Assembly: GCA_903891285.1 (NCBI GenBank)
Contig: CAITDZ010000128.1
Span: 1 to 58,757 of the forward strand
Direction: 5' to 3'
Origin: an uncultured Solirubrobacterales bacterium
GTDB taxonomy: Bacteria > Actinomycetota > Thermoleophilia > Solirubrobacterales > 70-9
DNA length: 58,757 nucleotides
The notes below the pieces were generated by a model. The model ran no database searches. It saw only the letters and a program-made list of their open reading frames with translations, and was not told the DNA's origin. This document shows positions 54,370-58,757 of this stretch, piece after piece; position 1 is the stretch's first letter, and each line of letters starts with the position of its first letter. Position numbers and translations under genes: made by a program.

Positions 54370-56445
54370 ATGGCGGCGAACGGGAAGAGCTCGAACCCTG
54401 ACCCCGGCGCGGGGGGCTATCTGAAGCACGGGATCGCGGTGGTGCTGCTGGACACCATCGTCCTCTTCGCGCTGGCCTGGCTCCTGCCCGGCTTCGCGAT
54501 AGATGGCATCTGGGCAGGGGTTGCAACCGCGGTACTGATCGGGCTTCTGAACGCGATCGTCTGGCCATTGGTCGTTCGTCTGACCCTTCCGGTTGCGGTC
54601 GTCAGCCTTGGTCTCGGGGCGCTCGTACTCAACGCCGCCATCGTCGGGCTCGTCTTGACTGAGCTCCCCTGGCTCCGGTTCGACGGTTTCATCGAGGCGG
54701 CTCTGGTAGCCCTCCTGCTCTCGCTCGGGACGACGATCCTCGCACCGATGCTCGCCTTCGAACAGGACTCACGCTGGTACCTGCGCACCGTAAGACGGCA
54801 GGTCGAGAAGGGCGGCCTGGTCAACGACCAGCCGGGAACCGGTTACCTGTTCATCGAGATCGACGGTCTCGCTCACGACGTACTTCGAAGGGCCCTGGCA
54901 TCGGGGAATGCCCCGAACCTCAGCCGCCTCGTTCGAGGTGGCTCCCACCGGCTCCGTGGCTGGGAGACCGACTGGTCCTCCCAGACCGGGGCCTGTCAGG
55001 CCGGGATCCTCCACGGGAGTAACTCCGACATGCCGGCCTTCCGCTGGTGGGAGAAGGACTCCGACCGTGCGATCGTCACGAATCATCCAAAGGATGCCGC
55101 CGAGCTCGAGCGGCGCCACTCCAACGGCGAGGGACTTCTGGCCAACGACGGGGCGAGCCGCGCCAACATCCTCTCCGGTGACGCCCCCCACTGCCAGCTC
55201 ACCATGAGCACGATCCTCGATCGTCGAGACAAATTGGGGAGGGACTACGCCGCTTACTTCTCCCGTCCGTTCGCCGTCGTTGGGACCGGTTTCTCGGCCC
55301 TGGTCGAACTGGTTTCCGAGCGAATCTCGGCAATCAGGGCCAGGCGGTCCGGTGTCGAGCCGGCTATCCATCGCGGCTTCACCTACTCGGTGATGAGGGC
55401 CTGGTCGACCGTGATCCAGCTCGACCTCCAGGTCTCGGCAGTCATATCCGACCTGATGGCCGGACGTCCCGCCATCTATACGACCTTCCTCGCCTACGAC
55501 GAGGTGGCCCACCACTCCGGCATCGAGCGACCGGAAACCCTGACTGCCCTGCGGAAGGTGGACCGGGCGATCGGACGACTGCTGAAAGTCCTCCCGGAGG
55601 CACCGCGGCCCTACCGGGTGATCGTCCTCTCGGACCACGGTCAATCCCAGGGAGAGACCTTCCTCGATCGGTACGGGGAGAGTCTCGAGGACCTCGTGTC
55701 CGGACTTGCCGGAGGCGCGGCGATCGCCGAGCTCGACGAGGATGACGAGGCGCGGGCCTATCTCAGGGCATCGGTGGCGGAGGCATCCACGGAGGAGAGC
55801 GCCACGGGAAAGACGATCAAGGTTGCGACAGGTGGGCGCCTTGCCGAGGGTGAGACCGACGGTGAAGGCCCTGAGACAGGGGCTCTCGTGCAGGATGGGG
55901 GCCTCCCCGAATTGGTCGTGATGGCCTCCGGGAACCTCGGCCTGGTCAGTTTTCCCCGGGAGGATGGACGGGTCACCCTCGAAAAGCTCGAAGAGGAATA
56001 CCCGGGACTGGTCGATGGCCTCGCGGCCCACCCGGGGATCGGTTTCCTGCTGGTCGACACGGCGGCTTCGGGAGGGGTGGTGATCGGCGAAGCCGGCCGA
56101 CTCCATCTCGAGACCGGAAGGGTCGAGGGAGTCGACCCGCTCATTCCTTTCGGTCCGAACGCACGCCAACACGTCGAGCGGACCCATCGCTTCTCGACCT
56201 GCCCGGACATCGTCCTCAACAGCACCTATTGGGAGGAGCTCGATGAGGTCGCAGCCTTCGAGGAGCTGGTCGGGTCCCACGGCGGCCTCGGAGGAACCCA
56301 GTCCCATCCCTTCGTGCTCCACCCGGCAGAGCTGGAGTGGCCGGTCGACCCCGTACTCGGAGCCGAAACGATCTATCGGATCTTCACGAGGTGGATGGGC
56401 ACAGACGGGGTACCGGCCCCGGACCGGGCGCGGGCTCAGGGGTAG
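54370..56445 (+). CDS. Fusion of a holin-like 4-TM domain (Phage_holin_4_2/DUF360-like) with an alkaline-phosphatase/nucleotide-pyrophosphatase superfamily domain
   Basis: The N-terminal 120 aa have 4 TM segments (LLPGFAIDGIWAGV..., NAIVWPLV). The rest is AlkP-core-like (IEIDGLAHDVL..., SDHGQS). Confidence 0.75.
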   Translation: MAANGKSSNPDPGAGGYLKHGIAVVLLDTIVLFALAWLLPGFAIDGIWAGVATAVLIGLLNAIVWPLVVRLTLPVAVVSLGLGALVLNAAIVGLVLTELPWLRFDGFIEAALVALLLSLGTTILAPMLAFEQDSRWYLRTVRRQVEKGGLVNDQPGTGYLFIEIDGLAHDVLRRALASGNAPNLSRLVRGGSHRLRGWETDWSSQTGACQAGILHGSNSDMPAFRWWEKDSDRAIVTNHPKDAAELERRHSNGEGLLANDGASRANILSGDAPHCQLTMSTILDRRDKLGRDYAAYFSRPFAVVGTGFSALVELVSERISAIRARRSGVEPAIHRGFTYSVMRAWSTVIQLDLQVSAVISDLMAGRPAIYTTFLAYDEVAHHSGIERPETLTALRKVDRAIGRLLKVLPEAPRPYRVIVLSDHGQSQGETFLDRYGESLEDLVSGLAGGAAIAELDEDDEARAYLRASVAEASTEESATGKTIKVATGGRLAEGETDGEGPETGALVQDGGLPELVVMASGNLGLVSFPREDGRVTLEKLEEEYPGLVDGLAAHPGIGFLLVDTAASGGVVIGEAGRLHLETGRVEGVDPLIPFGPNARQHVERTHRFSTCPDIVLNSTYWEELDEVAAFEELVGSHGGLGGTQSHPFVLHPAELEWPVDPVLGAETIYRIFTRWMGTDGVPAPDRARAQG

Positions 56446-57233
56446 GTCGCCTCTTCGCCGGGGAGGAGGACCCTCACTTCGGTCCCGGGAGCAACGTCCC
56501 CTGCGAACCGTTCGAACTCCCGAACCGGAACGTGGCGTTCTCGCCAGAGGCGCGAGCCCAACCCGAACGGGGCGAAGGTGCCCCAGTGGATCGGAATCAC
56601 CACATCGGGCCTGAACAGCGACAGTGCTTCCGCCGCTCGCCGGGGGTCGAGGTGCCCCTCGCCGATCGTAGTCCCCCAGCCCCATACCGGCAGAAGGGCC
56701 AGGTTTGCCCCCCGGGCCACTTCGTCGAGCCCTTCGAAGAGATCGGTGTCGCCGGCGAAGTAAGCGTTGCTCTCGCCCTCGACCATGAATCCCACCGCCT
56801 CCCCCTCCCGATGCAGGGGCGTCCTTGCACCGCGGTGCTCCGCCGGGGTAGCCCTGACCGTCACCCGTTCGAGATCGACGGTCTCGCCCGGTTGAAGGTC
56901 GACGACCCGCTTGAAGCCTTCCCGCCGAAGCAGACCCCTGGTGCCTGGTCCTCCGATCACGAGGGTCTCCGGGTCGAGGGCGCGAAGGCTCGGGCGGTCG
57001 AGATGGTCGAAGTGGTGATGGGAGAGGAGAACGGCGTCGACTCCTTCGGGCCTCTCGACGCCCTGTATCCCCTTGTGTCGACGAAGATGGAGCACCCGAT
57101 CCCGAAAGACCGGATCGGTCAGCAGTTTCGTATCCGACTGCTCCAGAAGGACCGTCGAGTGACCGAGCCAGGTCGCCCGACCGCCACCGCTCTCATCCAC
57201 TTCTTGCCGAACGAACTGCCTGGGACTTTCCAT
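56436..57233 (-). CDS. MBL-fold metallo-hydrolase
   Basis: TWLGHSTVLLE...LLSHHHFDHLD motif. The start may be GTG 57200. Confidence 0.85.
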   Translation of the reverse strand: MESPRQFVRQEVDESGGGRATWLGHSTVLLEQSDTKLLTDPVFRDRVLHLRRHKGIQGVERPEGVDAVLLSHHHFDHLDRPSLRALDPETLVIGGPGTRGLLRREGFKRVVDLQPGETVDLERVTVRATPAEHRGARTPLHREGEAVGFMVEGESNAYFAGDTDLFEGLDEVARGANLALLPVWGWGTTIGEGHLDPRRAAEALSLFRPDVVIPIHWGTFAPFGLGSRLWRERHVPVREFERFAGDVAPGTEVRVLLPGEEATYP

Positions 57234-57474
57234 ACGAGTAGAGATCGACCAGGAAGAAGAAGATCACCAAGAGGATCCCGAACGGGGTGACATCTTCGGA
57301 GAGGCCCGCCACGACCGACCAGGCGAGCGTCGTCCAGGGAAGGATGAAGAAACCCAGCACCGGAAGGAACCAGTCCCCGTCGAAGGCGTTCCGGAGCAGA
57401 TCGGTGAACAGCGCCAGGACGATCAAGGCCAGGCGCGGCGAAATCAGCGCGAGAAGCGCTACGAAGCAGCCCAT
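57193..57474 (-). CDS. Small (93 aa) three-TM membrane protein
   Basis: Hydrophobic segments. TAGGCT (57486-57481)-N6-ATG leaderless-type start. Confidence 0.55.
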   Translation of the reverse strand: MGCFVALLALISPRLALIVLALFTDLLRNAFDGDWFLPVLGFFILPWTTLAWSVVAGLSEDVTPFGILLVIFFFLVDLYSYGKSQAVRSARSG

Positions 57475-57518
57475 CGGTCCAGCCTAACGGAGGCGATACC
57501 CCGTCCGCAGGCCTTGAC

Positions 57519-57938
57519 TCAGTCGCCCATCCCGATCTTCGCCTGTTCCCACTTGACCGTCACGGCGTAGATCACGGTCACGTTGAGGGCAATGAGGATG
57601 ATCGAGAGAAAAGGCTGCTGCGCCAGGACAGCGATGTCCACAACGGCGTTGAGGAAGCAGAGGATCACCGTCACGACGCGCGCCCAGTCCCGACCCTGGA
57701 TCAGTGCGTAGCCGGTGAACACCTTCAACGTGCCGAGGACCAGCCAGAAGATCCCGAGGCCCTGGGTACTCAGCACGAGGACCTTTCCATCGAACGGCCC
57801 CTTGACGAAGTAGTCGTCTTCGAACAGCGCGGCCAGACCCGCTATGACACTGAAGACACCGATCAGCATCAGCATTACGCCCGCAAAGGCGACCCAGGTT
57901 GCCCAAGCCGCCGAACCGCCGCCATTCTCAGATCCCAC
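57519..57938 (-). CDS. Four-TM membrane protein (139 aa)
   Basis: Four hydrophobic helices. GGAGG SD 5 nt before the GTG. Confidence 0.65.
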   Translation of the reverse strand: MGSENGGGSAAWATWVAFAGVMLMLIGVFSVIAGLAALFEDDYFVKGPFDGKVLVLSTQGLGIFWLVLGTLKVFTGYALIQGRDWARVVTVILCFLNAVVDIAVLAQQPFLSIILIALNVTVIYAVTVKWEQAKIGMGD

Positions 57939-58000
57939 TTCTACCTCCGCGTCGTTGGATGATTCCGAGGGACGGAGGCTAGCCGCATCGCCGGCGCTGA

Positions 58001-58757
58001 TCAGTCATGTGCGCACCTGAAGCCGGCATGGCAGGTCCCGGATTCGACCGTCTGGGGTATCCGGGAGGCCGGCCGATACCGACTGCAGTAGTTCTCGGCA
58101 CAGAGGAAGGATCCACCTTTCATAACCTTTCGGGGTATCCCACTGCCAGGCTCCCGACTCGCCTCCAGCTTCCGCGGATCCCCTCCGGAACCACAGCAGT
58201 CAGCGGCAATCGCCCCGCCCGGGATGAACCAGGTCGAAGTCAGCTCCCAGACGTTGCCCGTCACTCCATACAGGCCGTACGCATTCGGTTCGAAGGTCCG
58301 GACCGGCACGGTGTCAGGGCGGTCGGACTGGCCTGATCCACCGAGCCATTCCCAGGGGAACATCCCGATCCAGCGATTCATTGCCTCGTGGCCATCGGGG
58401 GAGAGTTCGTCACCCCAGGGGAACTCTGCACCCTCCAGACCACCGCGGGCCGCCCGCTCCCACTCCGCTTCAGTCGGGAGTCGCAGCCCCGCCCAGCCGG
58501 CATACGCGGAAGCGTCCTCCCATGAGACTTGGGTTACCGGATGATCATCCTTGCCTACGAGATCGCTTCCGGGCCCCCAGGGGGCTCGCCAGGAGGCTCC
58601 CGGGCACCATCTCCACCAGACCGAGGGATCTTCGAGCGGGACCGGCTCCGCCGGTCGTTCGAAGAGCAGGGACCCCGGAACCAGCATCGCTGGATCTGCG
58701 CCCGGATACATCGCGGGGTCGGGCGCTCGCTCGGCGACGGTTTCGTAGCCGGTCTCC
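58001..58757 (-). CDS. Formylglycine-generating enzyme (SUMF1/FGE) family protein; the 5' end lies beyond the window
   Basis: TGYETVAER..., HPVTQVSWEDA, NVWELT and GGSFLC...YCSRYRPASR motifs. The frame stays open to the window edge. Confidence 0.85.
   Translation of the reverse strand, partial: ETGYETVAERAPDPAMYPGADPAMLVPGSLLFERPAEPVPLEDPSVWWRWCPGASWRAPWGPGSDLVGKDDHPVTQVSWEDASAYAGWAGLRLPTEAEWERAARGGLEGAEFPWGDELSPDGHEAMNRWIGMFPWEWLGGSGQSDRPDTVPVRTFEPNAYGLYGVTGNVWELTSTWFIPGGAIAADCCGSGGDPRKLEASREPGSGIPRKVMKGGSFLCAENYCSRYRPASRIPQTVESGTCHAGFRCAHD

Noticed and set aside
54769-56685. 638-aa ORF on the minus strand
   Set aside because: Antisense to the holin-like/AlkP gene and the MBL 3' end, with the same compositional artefact.
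1-58757. CRISPR arrays, transposases, integrases, prophage or toxin-antitoxin/defence modules
   Set aside because: None was recognised in any frame. There are no direct-repeat arrays or terminal inverted repeats visible by eye, and the window reads as core chromosome.

Overview
This window is a gene-dense, high-GC (roughly two-thirds G+C by eye) stretch of core chromosome from an actinobacterium-like organism. All product calls come from motif and family recognition in the supplied translations; no searches were run.

Gene content in order:
- 3' end of an rRNA operon (23S tail and 5S).
- A convergent SOS mutagenesis operon (imuB, an 85-aa ORF, dnaE2) with a perfect LexA-type box.
- murA, then hisZ-hisG and hisB-hisH-hisA-hisF.
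- A PQQ-like beta-propeller protein and a CCA-adding family enzyme.
- A division-associated block: pgeF-sepF-proC-yggT-lspA-rluD.
- The conserved rpsB-tsf-pyrH-frr-uppS-cdsA-dxr-rseP...ispG-proS block, with a fadD-like ligase and an alpha/alpha-toroid-like protein inserted.
- pgsA, a GarA-like FHA protein, a MerR regulator, an SRPBCC protein and an AgpS-like FAD oxidase.
- A membrane-tethered HTH protein, a PaaI thioesterase, nadE, ccdA and an SDR.
- gltB-gltD, nhaA, a DnaQ-like exonuclease, a DUF3159-like protein and an SNF2 helicase.
- A secreted lipase, a P450, a holin-like/alkaline-phosphatase fusion, an MBL hydrolase, two small membrane proteins and a truncated FGE/SUMF1-family gene.

I found no CRISPR array, transposase, integrase, prophage or recognisable defence island, so I cannot claim a clearly new system.

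The signals most worth a second look:
1. A second, nearly identical SOS box sits in an unannotated 470-nt gap between 5S rRNA and dnaE2.
2. The mutasome operon lacks imuA/imuA', and its ImuB C-terminus appears to be split off as the 85-aa ORF.
3. A recurrent TANNNT-N6/7-start architecture implies leaderless mRNAs. It also exposes a probable unannotated 90-aa gene at 37944-38216.
4. The conserved N-terminus of the SRPBCC gene has no canonical start codon and lies in frame behind the MerR stop.
5. The GarA-like FHA regulator carries an N-terminal zinc ribbon.
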